Assembly: GCF_031769215.1 (NCBI RefSeq)
Contig: NW_026782240.1
Coordinates: forward strand, 496,001 to 560,000
Length of the DNA stretch: 64,000 nucleotides
Direction: 5' to 3'
Source of the DNA: Ylistrum balloti
Lineage: Eukaryota
Positions 12,301-24,600 of this stretch are shown here, piece by piece. The notes beneath the pieces are model-generated. The model saw only the letters and a program-made list of their open reading frames with translations. It made no database searches and was not told the DNA's origin. A program made the translations under genes and the position numbers. Positions within the stretch are counted from its first letter, which is position 1. Every line of letters starts with the position of its first letter.

Positions 12301-15142
12301 GTGAATCTTTCATTGACTAGTGGGTTTTAAATGACTTAAAGGACATGTTAAGCACTCAACTTTGCAACAGTGTCATGTATAGGTTTCCTAAAATGTACCA
12401 CCTGATCAACAGTGATGAAATATGCAACAAAGCAAGGCAAGACATTATGTCACAGTGTTCAGAGTAAATAAAACAGATTGAACTGCATATCAAACAAAAT
12501 CTAGGCTGAGGATCAGGGTATTACTAAACCCCTTCCTACCTATCCTAATCCTGGCTGTCAAGATTTTTTCAAAACAACCGGACAGTGAGACAATGAAATT
12601 AACACTGAGAGAATGTGTAACATTAACATCTGTATTGCATTTAAGTGTCTTTACAGGACAGAGTATACATCAAAAATGTTAGAATTATAACTTCTGTAAT
12701 TTTTGCAAAGAGTAAAATGATCCTGAGTTAAGAAGGGAATCAGCTAATGCACCACCTGCCTGGGCCTGGCGGAGTTTGAACACTAGTTTTTAATGCTACA
12801 TGTATATATTGCAGCAGTTGAGATTAAATGATGTAGTCCCTGATCCGCAGCAAAAAATGTAAAAATTTAGTTGTTTTTCCGACACAGGATCTTTGTTTAT
12901 CAACACAGGATTTGTTTGATTTGGAGTCACCAGAAAGAACTATGTACTGTATATACCAGGATATTTTCACCCCTTCAAATTATTATTGCAATTGTACCAG
13001 TATACACAAATTTATCTCATTTTCATTTCAGTCTCCGACAATTATTTAGAACAGTTATATAAGTATAAAAAATTTGTGCCCTCATCTTAAATTTGCCTTT
13101 GCTTCCTATTCATGGACAAAAGGGGCAAGAATTAAATGGCTTATTTATTTATTTATTTTATTTTACAGGTTTTACATCCACTATTATGGCCTTTCAGGCA
13201 ACAAGTAAACATAGGGGCGAAAGAATACCAGTAATTTGAGTATACAGTAACGCTGTGAACGTTAATACACAAAATCAAAAAATAACACCATGGTATCCAT
13301 TAAACCTGAATGTTAGGTCAATAATTTATCAGAAGAAATACCTGACTCTCCTACTATTTCCATTTGTATTCCCATCATCATTGACCCTGTGAATAAAAAA
13401 ATACTTTTATATAGACATGTACACAAATATATATGTCATGAGGCAAAATCTGTTCAGTTACAGAAACCATTCCTTCTTATGTTAACTGTTATATGAAAAT
13501 CAGGATATAAGAGCCTTATCTGCACTGATTTGATATTGGTTCTTTGGGGTTTTCTCCACATTTATTTGTTTTATGAAAAGTTTGAGGAAAATTTTCAACA
13601 TTTTCAAGAAATTATAACTTAATCTGTACTAGACATTGGAATGGCAGCTGTAATAATGGCTACAGATGATAGTAATAGTTAAGTCTTCATTGATGTCTCT
13701 GGATGTTTGTGAGGACACAGGCAAATTGTTCTAGGCCTGGATTTATAAATGAAACTACAAAGCACAGGGGCATGCAACAGGAATACATTGTCAAAAATCA
13801 AATTCACTAGAAACAAATATTATATATAGTGTGGCAGGATCAACTTTTAATATAATGTGAATTGTATTGTCTCCGTTATTGATAAATCCTGTTTAGTAGT
13901 TTACATCTATACTGTATCTTGTTCATCAGCAGGGCTCTCACACCCCATTTTGGGACTGGGGCCCAGGGCCCTTAGAACTGGGAAAAATAATGGTTTTTCC
14001 TTAGAATTGGGAAAACTTGGGGTCTAAATTGGGAAAAAAAGATACTATTTTGCATTGGGAATGGGGCCGAATATTGGCCCCAAATCTGGCAGATCGAGAG
14101 CCCTGATCAGTCACGTGTATACCTAAGGGTTAGTCTCGTAAATTGCCTCCCTATATAGTGTCATGTGGTCAGCTTAATTTTGTCTTGTTTCACAGTCTTA
14201 TGTCTTATTTTACTGGTTGTTTTGATTTTGTAGTATTTGTAAGTTGCGGTCATTGTTTGACAGACCGATGGGTGGATCGTATGCTTTGTAACAGTAATCT
14301 TGAAATACCTGTCACCAGTAAAACTTTACTTAACTATCGATCAATCAATATCAAAATGTAGACACATCTGTTTGTCAGCGAAGTTTGTGCTACACACAGA
14401 GTTCATACTCTTTCGATGTCTATGATAAACTATGGTCAGAACTCGCCACTGGTTTCATGTCATTATTGAATATGATATACCCAATCAGTATCATGTAGCA
14501 CATTCTAGATTGTTAGGAAACTTGATAAATGACAAGCAATGAGCATGTAATGTTAACAATGCCCCTGTGCTCAAACTAATATAACTTGTAAGTAACGTTA
14601 CGCCGTGTTATCATATACACTATACACATACTCCTGATCAGATAATAACATATAACATCTGACTATTTCCCACCCCAGTTTGTAAAACCCATTGAATTAC
14701 ATTCATACGATTGCGAGCGCACTTGCATTCATCCGTATCTAGCTGCTACCGGATGAATTCCTCACTGTTCACATTTGACAACAGGCATGTCAAGGTAAAA
14801 CACAAAAAAGTGCTAGGTCTAGCTGAAAAATGCGACGCGACACGGGGAAGTGAAAGACCCGTAGAAGATAAATGATACACATACTTTTTCATCATTTCCA
14901 GCTACAGTAAATGTGAAATCCTATTCGCCATGAATAAAATATATAGTTAACACGGTTTGACGTGGTTATGTTTATACGAACAGCATAGCAAAATGACAAC
15001 AATAAAGCCTTACGCTCTGGGTAGAAGAAGGGGAGGTTCTCGTTTGAAATACTCACTCCGATTCCTCTCTGATATCATCGTCGTTGAGATGAAGGGGCGA
15101 TTTTTCATCCCCACTGCTACTGTCGGGTGATGACCCACTCAT
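308..15142 (-). CDS. SLC38A9: Lysosomal amino-acid transporter / mTORC1 sensor SLC38A9 (3' end runs off the window)
   Basis: 14 phase-consistent GT-AG exons: 15057-15142, 13342-13386, 11857-11971, 11201-11286, 9171-9234, 8743-8836, 7596-7769, 7277-7330, 4626-4856, 4023-4130, 2338-2444, 1976-2080, 1170-1318, 308-397. Hallmark motifs: [101 protein letters not shown]. Confidence 0.95.
2644..3871 (+). mobile_element. Degenerate Tc1/mariner DNA transposon in an SLC38A9 intron
   Basis: Broken plus-strand frames give [25 protein letters not shown] (WxxVLFSDESRF-like) and [37 protein letters not shown] (QQDNARPH / WPxxSPDLNPIEHLWDEL-like), with stops and frameshifts. Eroded TIR-like ends near 2645 (acacttgactaagaaaagaaatgc) and 3853-3871 (acactttccttttcagtat). 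Confidence 0.85.
5298..7213. repeat. 43-bp minisatellite, about 44 copies, intronic
   Basis: Unit ggacaacatatagacaactttaataccctgaccacactgtaat repeated head-to-tail with a few recurrent variants. Confidence 0.98.
7990..8765. repeat. 43-bp minisatellite, about 18 copies, whose unit spans the SLC38A9 exon 6 end and its splice donor
   Basis: Minus-strand unit ACTGACAGCAGTACAGGACATGT|GTAAGTAACCTTAGTGACAC; the first copy is the true exon end and donor at 8743/8742. Confidence 0.95.
9780..10700. repeat. Degenerate ~120-bp tandem units resembling the internal satellite-like core of bivalve Helentron/HINE elements
   Basis: Recurrent aagttcaaaggggcataactctg...aatcaaactt...ccaaatttcatttcaataact...ggaaaac; 10430-10550 is nearly duplicated at 10610-10700. 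Family assignment from memory of the motif style. Confidence 0.6.
13930..14105. mobile_element. 176-bp MITE, hAT-like, 10-bp TIR, 5-bp TSD
   Basis: CAGGGCTCTC...GAGAGCCCTG perfect TIRs, flanked on both sides by ATCAG (13925-13929, 14106-14110); several internal TGGGAA motifs. Confidence 0.8.
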
Positions 15143-15539
15143 TCCAAATCAAATATGAATCGGAAATCACATGTTAGTTTGCTGTCAATTGTGTCAAACT
15201 CTGAAATGTGAACTTTATCCACAGCAGAAAACTGCTTCCTGTTATAGTCTTTTCCAAAGTAGGATGACGCCTACAAGTATAGTGTGTTTCATGAAAGCTA
15301 CATATTTTATTTCTATATATTGTACACCGTAGTCCTCAGCGCTGTTTTTGCAACAAAAATTATCAATAAATTGAAAGTGTAATCATTAATAACATTGCAA
15401 GCCACACTATTAAAAAAGACACTAAAATGTCATTCATCCAGATATCATATCAAAGAATAACAATATGTTATTATCATGTTTTGCACTTATCAAACATGGA
15501 TTTATTACAATATATATTTAGGTCGCCACAGCTTCTTAT

Positions 15540-16575
15540 TAGTTTAAACATATTTTATTCGACAAAGCTGTAAATGGATTGGGCACAAGTTATTTCAACT
15601 TATAAAACGCCCTCTCCAAAATACAAACAAATAAACACAATGTACATAATACAATTATGACAATACGTATTTCAAATCAACAACAAATTGTTATTTATAG
15701 AAAGAGTGGGGAAGTAAGGGAGAGGGAGAGAGAGAGAAGGAAAGGGATGGAGAAGAAGAAGAGAGAGAGAGAGGGGGGGGAGAGATAAATCAGTTACATC
15801 GGATTTAGATATTGAAAATGGCATGAACCGTTATACTTAAAACCTGCTACTGGACTTTAAACAGTGCTGAACACATGAAAAATTCACAGTTTGTATCATA
15901 CGACAACTCTTGGTTACCAAATAAAGGCAATTCTAAATCACAAGGAACCTGCAAATCTAAGTCGTTTAGATTCTGGAAGAGAATATTTCTTTCAGTATCA
16001 AAACGACCATATACAAAGAAAAAATGACAGGCATTCTCACAAATATGTCCACATGTGCAGCTAGAGGTTTCCACAAGGCTCAAACGGAATACGTTGTAAT
16101 TTAAAGAACTACACTGGTGTCTAAGCTTCGTGTGGATAATATCAAGTTTGCGGTCGCCAATGCCAAAGTGAAAAGGAGGAGAAAATTGATTACTAGGTAT
16201 AAATGAACTTTTGAAAATACTTAAAGAAGCCGATGATCTTCCAGAGTTTTCGAGAGAATTCCAAGAACGAATGCTGTTGACGGAAAGAAAGAGGATCTAG
16301 TTAAAGTTAATCTACTATATGGTACTCTGTAATCGTTTGTGTTTCTTAAAGGATATCGAACATCGTCTTGGATAGAGGAGGGAAGTAAAGAGGAAAGATA
16401 ATCCGGAGTTTGATTATTACGTATCTTATACAAAAGCTGAAGTTTTCTTCTCTTTCTTCTAGTCGATAGAGTTTCTAAACCTGTTTCAAAGTATAAAGAT
16501 TGGTTACCTGTATAAGATGGAAGACCTGTGATAATTCTGGCTGCTTCACGTTGAGCTTTTTCTAACTACATTATT
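15540..16575 (-). mobile_element. 5'-truncated CR1/L2-like non-LTR retrotransposon (ORF2 C-terminus and 3' UTR)
   Basis: EKAQREAARIITGLPSY..LYFETGLETLSTRRK (frameshift) YKIRNNQTPDYL..RYPLRN..RSSFFPST..SCTCGHICENACHFFF; 3' UTR with a GA/CT-rich tract, ending aataaaatatgtttaaac on the minus strand. Confidence 0.8.
15716..15786. repeat. GA-rich microsatellite inside the retrotransposon 3' UTR
   Basis: gggagagggagagagagagaagg...gagagagagagggggggagaga. Confidence 0.9.
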
Positions 16576-18381
16576 TTTTTATTTAACGCATGTAAAAACA
16601 TAAAAAGGCGAACACAATACTAGAATATATGGCTATCTTGAATACACTGACAAAGGAATCCGGTTTGTTCAAGAGTCTAAGACGTTCACTAAGAAATCTA
16701 GAATATGTTCTAAAATAAAAAGCACCAACAGCGCACCTCCAAGAATCAATACAACATCCCATTATGGAGAGTAAAAATAATAATTTTTGACAGTATTGAG
16801 GCGTCTAGTGGTACTTTTTCGAGCACAAAACCATACATCATCCGAGTAACTATATAACATAAATGGTAGGAAGTAGAAGTTTGTGAGGAAAGGTGATAGT
16901 AGGGGTTCGAGAGAGAAGAAAGTGAGTTTGGACGCAAAGAAAGTAATAAGGAAAGCAATGAAACAAAGTTTAGGAAAGAAAGTCGATAAGTTCAGGAATA
17001 TTGATATAGAAAGGGAAATAGGAAGGACAGGTAAAGTAACAGAAAGCATGAATATATACATATTTAAGGTGAGGGTAATTAACTGTCCTGATACAGGTTG
17101 AAATAATGATGTTAATTTGAGATACAATCGGCCTGAACCTGAAGGTACACATGGCGGTGTAAAATTTAGTTTTAGCTATATACATTTGCTATTTTCATAT
17201 TGTACATGTCTTTACAAAATACTCACAAGCTGAGTAAGGTGTGAACGAAACTTCAAAACAATACAAACTGCACTCGGGGCTGAAACATAATCAGGGTACT
17301 CAAAAAAACTACATACATTTGTATGTCTTACAGTTCAAAACATTTCGTAAGAATGAACTATGTATAGAACTAGACACACGATTTAACATGACACATAGTG
17401 GTGTCCAGTAGATATATAGATACTACCTGTCAGGGATATATCTTCTATAAATACACATTGTACTATTTAGTACATTTACAGTGTACATATCGTATGGGAA
17501 AAAAACTGTTCTGTACGTATAGACTCAAACAAACAGAAAATGAAACATAATGATTATATCTAGTTGCAGTCTTTTTCTATTGGTGTTATTATTACAGTAT
17601 ACCAAAACTGACAGCCATGCCATTACAGACTTACATTTATATGTAAATGATTTCGACTTGCGCTAGCCTGATCAACTGTACCGAGAGCCTAGACTACACG
17701 TTGATAAAAAAAAACGCTAGCCTGACCAGGCTCCAGAGAAAAAACTTTTTTTTTTAAGGATTTCGATTTTTCAAAATAAATACTTTTTGTACGTAGGTAC
17801 ATGTAGTACGGTAAATATATAGTACTGTAAGTACTAAAAGGTAAAATAAATACCTATTGTAAGTATGAATTATAATATATATATGGTATGGGTATGTTTA
17901 CGTCATACCTGAGTGAGAGAGTGGACAATGTGTAGAAGTCACATGACCATAAACTAAAGTACGTACACAATTTCAAAATGGCGTCGTCCACTTCGGGTGG
18001 GTTTTGCCGACATCATTCAGGTACTCTACTTCCTTTATAATTGGGCATTGGCGCAAAGAAGACTAGAATGACAGTATATTTTATGGAGAAAACCATTTAC
18101 GACGTAATTGTGTACTTTTCTAGTTAAACCCGATCAACTGATCTTCCGGGTCGACCGTCATTAGGATAGCGTTCACAATTCTATAACAATATTGATCATC
18201 TGGCTCTTTACGATAAGATATAAACAATATCCACATCCCTAATTATTAATATTGTGATATCATGTAATTTCATAACCCAATTGTGTGAAAAGAGCGCTTA
18301 ATTTGAAAAATTTAAATATTATTGTAAAATTCGTATCGTTCGTAATGGTGGAATGTGCATGCCTCTCAAGTAATCTCGTAG

Positions 18382-18461
18382 GCGCATGCGCAGCCAGATT
18401 TCATTACACATGCAGCGATGGCACAGAATAGTCCTACAGCTCCCACCGAGACCTGGTAAGA
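18382..18461 (+). promoter_or_regulatory. NRF1-type palindrome followed by a candidate short first exon
   Basis: GCGCATGCGC at 18382-18391; ATG at 18418 reading MAQNSPTAPTET, then TG|GTAAGA donor at 18455/18456. No downstream partner exon found. Confidence 0.3.
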
Positions 18462-20163
18462 CAGACTGACCAGTGTCATATTATTGTATATAGTTTAAAT
18501 CCATTTATTACTTTCTGTTGGATGTTTATGTGATAATATTTATCTATATCTGTCTACTACAGTATTTATATTGTAATTGTAAGCTTGTGTAAAATATAAA
18601 TAAACCACTACAGAACCTTAGAAAAAGTGTCCATGTACTGATTTAACCGAGAGGACCTTACAAATATACAAAGCAAATTAGCATTGTTTAGTTAGTTACC
18701 AGTTGATTTCAATATATGAATGAAAATCTAATACCACAAAGACGTATGTTGCCCTATTCAACAGCCTAAAAATGAAAACCATATAGCCGAGCTATCATCT
18801 GTTTAAGTGCATCTTTATACAGTTGCCGTTTATAAGCCATACCATATTTGGTTAAAATCGAATTTCCGTCCAGAAATAAGTGATTATTAACGACAAAACT
18901 TTCAAAAGTTACAGGAGTCGGATTTATTAAAACATCGAAACGGTCAGAAATTATAATATTTGGCAGGTAGATTCGTGGAATGAAGGTAAAGTTTGCGAAC
19001 TGGAATGACCTTGACTGTATTCAACAATGTTTAGTCATAAGTGATATCAGCTTTCTAGCTTTTACTCAGTTTATATCAACTGGATATCTCCAGTTTGTAT
19101 GTACGGCATAGACTCTGCTATAGCTATGTCTCTAAATACTGAGTGTAGAACCTAATCCAGTTTAACATGTCTGAAAATATGTAAATGCTCATGGATGGAC
19201 ACTTAAACAAAATAAGTTTGAACGTTGTATGTGTTAAAAGAAATTACTTTTAATATAAGCAAAGTATTAACCTCTTATTTTGCTTAATTCATGAAGTCAT
19301 AAATCTAATGGAGCACAAGGTAGCAGTACACAGTTTCTCGGTGTGGACATGGGTGATTTTTTTGCTCATTAGATTACCCCATTATAAAGGTTTTAATTAA
19401 AAATGGAAAAAAAAATCCTTGCTAAAATTGGTCCTGTCATGTTAAAGTGGGCAATGTGGGGTTTCATTTTTTTTTTTTTCAGGATAATATTTTAGCTTTG
19501 TGTTGGAGATTACTATTTGGGCAGTCTCGAATCTGTGTCTACGCACCAAAAACTAGCTTTACAGGAAGTGAAATTTTCATAGTGTTTACATGTGTTCATG
19601 TTATGAAGAGTTTCCGAGTTGGAATTTGCTGAAATGTAAATACTTTGTTACCATGACAGTGTTGTTAATTGTAAGATAGGTGTTTAGAATTAAATTTCTC
19701 CTAGAAAGTTATAGTGTTGGGTTGGAATTAGCAGTATTTTTGCATTTTTAGCATTTTTTCAGTAGGTAACCATGACAATCAAATGTCAGAAATCAGAGGA
19801 ATTTTTTTTACACAAATTTCATCTCTCTACTGTTAATGTAATTGTTATACAGTTTATAAATATATATACATGTAATGATGTATTTTTCATAACCAATCTG
19901 CTAAACCTGTATATCTCAAACATGTTTCAAACAAAATAATTTCAGGAAAAATGCAAATTAATTGTTTACTGCTACCCAAGGTAAATTGCTCGTAAACGTG
20001 ATCTCGTTGTTAAAACATAAATTTATGATCTAATGTCACTTATATACAACAAACCAATATAAGCAGTTGGGCCATTATAGTCATTTAACTAAATCGTTCT
20101 ATAACTCTCTACACACAAGCGAATGAAGTCGGATTTACTGTACATCTCTGCAAACTGATGACC

Positions 20164-21783
20164 TCAGTTTTTGTAGTACTTGATGGTTCTTATTTCAGAC
20201 TCATTGGATTCAGACAGCACATTTAGGACCCTTCCAACCAATCCACTTTTGTTCAGAAGAACACACACCACACCCACAGCATATCGCCTGACTGAATGCG
20301 AATTGCTGATATGCCATCTGTGTTCTTCTGTATTGCTCCAATGTACATTCCTTTTCCACTGACCAGCTCTACATCATGAAATACAGTTTCAATAACTAAA
20401 TTGCTTCTGTTGTCATAGACAGCTGACCATGGACTGAAATGTGGTTGTCCATCAGTTTCATCTCCTCCGTAGTTAAATAGGAACTTTAGTGTTTTCTCAA
20501 ACACAACAACTTTCCTACACCGCTTGTCATCACGTTGTTTACACCTATATACTACTGCAAGGTTACTTGTCATTGGACAGTGTGAAACAGATCTTGGCAT
20601 CGTGTAGCTCTCTTCAACATCGACAGAGTTTAACACGTGGCCTTCTGTTGTGTAGACCTTTATACTGTGCAAAGTACACACCGCTACATTTTCCTCTCTT
20701 GTTATGCAAAGACAAAATGTTTGCGTATCTGTTGTAAACCTTGCCTTTGGCGAAGTTGAACCAGGAACAAGTTCAAAGATTGAATTGCTTCCGAGGCAAA
20801 TAAACCAAAGACTGTTTGTTTTTGGTGAAGTGCAGATACATGGTATGGTCGAACATTGCTTGATCTTATGTTTTATATTACCTCGAAAGTCCACTAGTAA
20901 CAACTTGTCAGACTGCCAATGACTAAGCCAAACACCACTGGGAGTTGGGCAGATTGCAGAGCATTTCATAGGATTCCTGAAGTGTTTCTGTACAGCTGGT
21001 AGTGCAAGCAAGTCCACGTTTGGAGTTGTCTTATGGTGACTGACATCGGAAGGGACCTCTGTAACTGGACGTTGTGCAGTTGTACCCCGAGATGTTGTGT
21101 TAGTTGATGTCGATTGGTCTTTCGATATAGTCAAAGTGCCAAGAATTTTTCTCAGTTGTTCAGTGATGGATGTTCGAGATGGATGAAAGTCAGCGTCATG
21201 CAAGATGGGTTCATCAGGATGTGCAGGAATATCAGTTGAAAGAGCGGGCGATTCATCGTACACCTGAACTGGGCTTCCAGTCTGTAACACCATTTTACAA
21301 TCTTTTATTTGTTCAAAGAGTGACTCGTAATTGTTCTTTAGCTCGACTTTGTACAAAATCTTTGTTCTCCGCTGCCAGCCTTTTGGATAGTGCGTCATAC
21401 TTATCGATTATGACGTCAATCTCCTGTTTACAGACTTCACCCTGCTGCTTTACAAGTTGACAAGACTCTTGGAACTTTGCGTCGTTTTCAGCTAGTCTGT
21501 TGTCAATTGAATCCATTTCTTTCTGGAGCTGGACAAGATCGTTATTCTCAATGTCATTAATAAAATTCTGCAGTTTGGTTTTCCTTTGTAATGTAACATC
21601 CGAGAGCTCCACGAGACTGTGTCACTTGTGAGTGGAAAGGCTGCATGTAAGACAGATAAGAATATTACAGTCCGAGCAGTGTAACAGTACATCCTTATTT
21701 CTGTGGACAGCACACTTAGAGCTCCCCTTCGCCCTAATAGGTGTCTGGCCATGGCTCTCTACCGCAGGTACGCTTGCAGCCAT
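20164..21783 (-). pseudogene. Intronless B-box / coiled-coil / NHL-like beta-propeller (mollusc-expanded TRIM-like) pseudogene
   Basis: MAASVP..GQTPIRAKGSSKCAVH..CSDC..CLTC..THK*HSLVEL has an in-frame TGA (21622-21624) where Gly is expected. Coiled coil follows, then a frameshift near 21350-21360 into LKNNYESLFEQIKDCKMVLQTGS, propeller repeats (AICPTPSGVWL, FCLCITREENVAV, PWSAVYDNRSNLVI), and a probable third lesion near 20270 before ..TIKYYKN*. Confidence 0.8.
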
Positions 21784-23869
21784 GACCAACGCTCTAATAT
21801 GGCGCCACACACCCGGATGTAACGGGAACACATCCTCGGTTGTTATCATGCCTACACGTATACATTTACACTTGAACAACATCATGATATTGCAAAAACG
21901 GAATGAATGCAGTCATGTGTCTCCAGACAAACAGAATATATACAAAAAAAATTATCTCTAATTTTAAAATTTGCTCAACGAAAACAAATTAATTCATAAT
22001 ACCAGAGAGATCAGTTTTCTGGTACCTGGATGTAGTTATATGACTTGAAATATACACAACATTAAACTGCTAACCCGTATTGACTACCCAAACAAGTTTG
22101 AATGATATCCACTGAAATTAAACAAATGATGTTAATGAAAACTACAGAAAACTATATCTCTCACAAATGCACAATTTTGATAAAGCATAATCAGTATCAT
22201 TCTATCATATCTGGGTATTGAGAAGAAGTTTTTGAAACCATTATGAATCATTTTGGCCCCATCCTGGATGTATCTGGGTATTCGGGACGACCTATATGAT
22301 TTGAAAATCGGTTCATGAATCGATTCATGGGATTTTGAGAAATAGGGTCGATCATGTCGCAAATGTAGATTGTTTGCATTCACACAATGTCGGACAAAAA
22401 GGCGACGTAGGTCACGTGTGATTTCCTCTCAGGTGACCTTAAAACCAAGAAAAAGTCTTAAAACTATGATAACCAGGTGGGCGCAAATATTAATAAAATA
22501 TGTTGAATTTCATTTTTTTTATTACCTTTTCCCCAATTTTTCAGGGAGTGGGAAGGGGGGGGGACACGTAGTTGTAAGATAGAACGAAAGCTTACAAAAT
22601 CCAGGCTATCTAGATTTCGCAAGTTGCATATATATATTTTATATTAAAACATCATGTAGTACTAGTACATCGTTATGTTCTTAGTATAAAGAAAGTGGTT
22701 TACTTGCAAAAGCGATGGCTGTATGTATGTGAAGGTTTGATATATGAATCAAGAAGTTTACATCCTACCATACTTTCAGTACATCAATGCGCCTGTCATT
22801 TCCTACAGTAACTTGAAGCCCTTTGTGTCCGAATCTTTCAATTACAAACCAAAGCTGCAGTAGCTGAATTTAGATGATCCAAGAAACATTCCTTTCCGAC
22901 GTGCTATTTTTTATATTTCTTCTTGGCACAGCTGTACCATATGGTTGCAATGACCATTTGGAAATTTGTCTAGTACCCCTAACGCTATGACATTTTTACG
23001 TCGTAATCGTATACACTGACAGCTGTATTACAATTAACCTACCGTATACCTTATGGAAGCTTGCTTAAGCGGATTCGGCTAATACTGCTCCTGACGACCT
23101 GTGGTAACTAGCTTGGAAATTTCATAAGATTATTGATGGAACTGAAACAAATAAGTTCAAGTTCTTTATTACCTTGAGTCGTGTGACTCATTGGTTAAAG
23201 CAAACAACACATAGACGATTTACAAACATATAACAATATACAAAAAAAAACAGAAACAACACAAACCCGGAGAGAGTAAACTAGGCTATCAATTGCGGTT
23301 TTCTCTTAAAATGCAAGCTGCCTTAATATATTTAGACAAGTTTGTTATTTCTTTTGTATTGTTCGCATTTAAGAATTCTATCAATTTAAACATACTAAGA
23401 CTCTTAACTATTTGTCAATTTTTGAAAGCTGAGTTGGCAATTAAGAGAACGGGTGCTTTAAACAGTAATATCTGTTCAGGGTTACACAAATACATAAAGC
23501 TACTCGAAGTCTACTGCGTTTAACTTTTCAATAACAAACAAATGCTACAACAACTTAATAAAGATGACCTGAGAGCTCTCAATAGTGGCGAATTCTGAAT
23601 AAGGGCAAAGTTAGGAGAGGGGTGAAGGGGGCGGGGGTCCAAATTGGCTCAATAATGATAAAGAACAACACCAAACCAAATGGAAATCAACACTTTTCAC
23701 ATAATACTATATATATTGTTACATGGCCCCTGACATTCGATGCTATACCCCCTGGACAGGTTGTGAACGGGGATATCGGATTTGTATGTCCTGAGCAGGA
23801 TATCCACGGAAAGTCAAGGCTGTACGTGCTGAACAACTTGCTAACACCCGCGGGAAGTCGAGAATGTAC

Positions 23870-24600
23870 GCCCTGAACCGATTGGGAACACATTCGTGAA
23901 ATAGAATCTATGTGCGAAAAAAATGGAACCCAGTATATTTTTGGTTGATAGCCTTTATTCCAAACAAAAGGTAATCGCCTTCATGCTTTGAGAGGTTTCT
24001 TTTTAAAGAAAGGTGAAGGGTGGTACGAGAATACGGTTGTTAACCAGGATACTAACAGCGTATTTCATGAAAAGTACATCTTGACGTCCAAAGCCAAGAG
24101 AAAATAGACGGATGATCGATTCGTGGAAAGGATATAAATAGTACTTGTACTTAAGTTTGGTTGCGAGATCTTCGAACAGACCATTGACATGTCCATATGA
24201 ACAAAATGTGCTCGTATAACCTGAATTATTCTGAGGTCTATTGGCTTATATGAACGTCGTACATCTGTTGGCTGGCTTTTGTACGAGACATAATTCATAG
24301 AACTCATCAAACCAGGACACAACGACCTTGCAAAGTCCTTCAGATTCAGTTTTAGATAAATCGGTGTCTTGTCTTTGAATAACAAGCATTCTACAATATA
24401 GCCGCTTATTTAGTACCTCCATATTTTCCTACGGCGAAACAAACAGGGATGACTTTTCATCAAGAAAGGAGTAACGGATTGAATTTATCATCTATAGATA
24501 CCAACCACTCTTATTTCCCATCCAATAGTGTTTACATTTCGCAGTTACAAATATGTTTTTTTGTAAAAGATGTCCATGTGTAACAGATATAAACATACAA
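23870..24600 (+). mobile_element. Heavily decayed Penelope-like reverse-transcriptase fragment
   Basis: Plus frame with many stops: VLKFGCEIFEQTIDMSI*TKCA (FGGxIFQQxIGIPMGTNCAP-like), LYE..FIELIKPGHNDLAKSFRFSFR*IGVLSLNN (YE..FIQxLLKxG..LAxSFNFTFRYIDDVLSLNN-like). Confidence 0.7.

Noticed and set aside
12068-12313. 81-aa intronic ORF
   Set aside because: No recognisable domain or splice context in any frame.
16762-17127. 121-aa hydrophobic ORF next to the retrotransposon
   Set aside because: Comes from a purine/pyrimidine-skewed low-complexity tract; no recognisable family.
21622-21624. In-frame TGA in the B-box as selenocysteine or programmed readthrough
   Set aside because: It replaces an expected Gly (GGA->TGA) rather than a Cys, and independent frameshifts follow; simple decay is more parsimonious.
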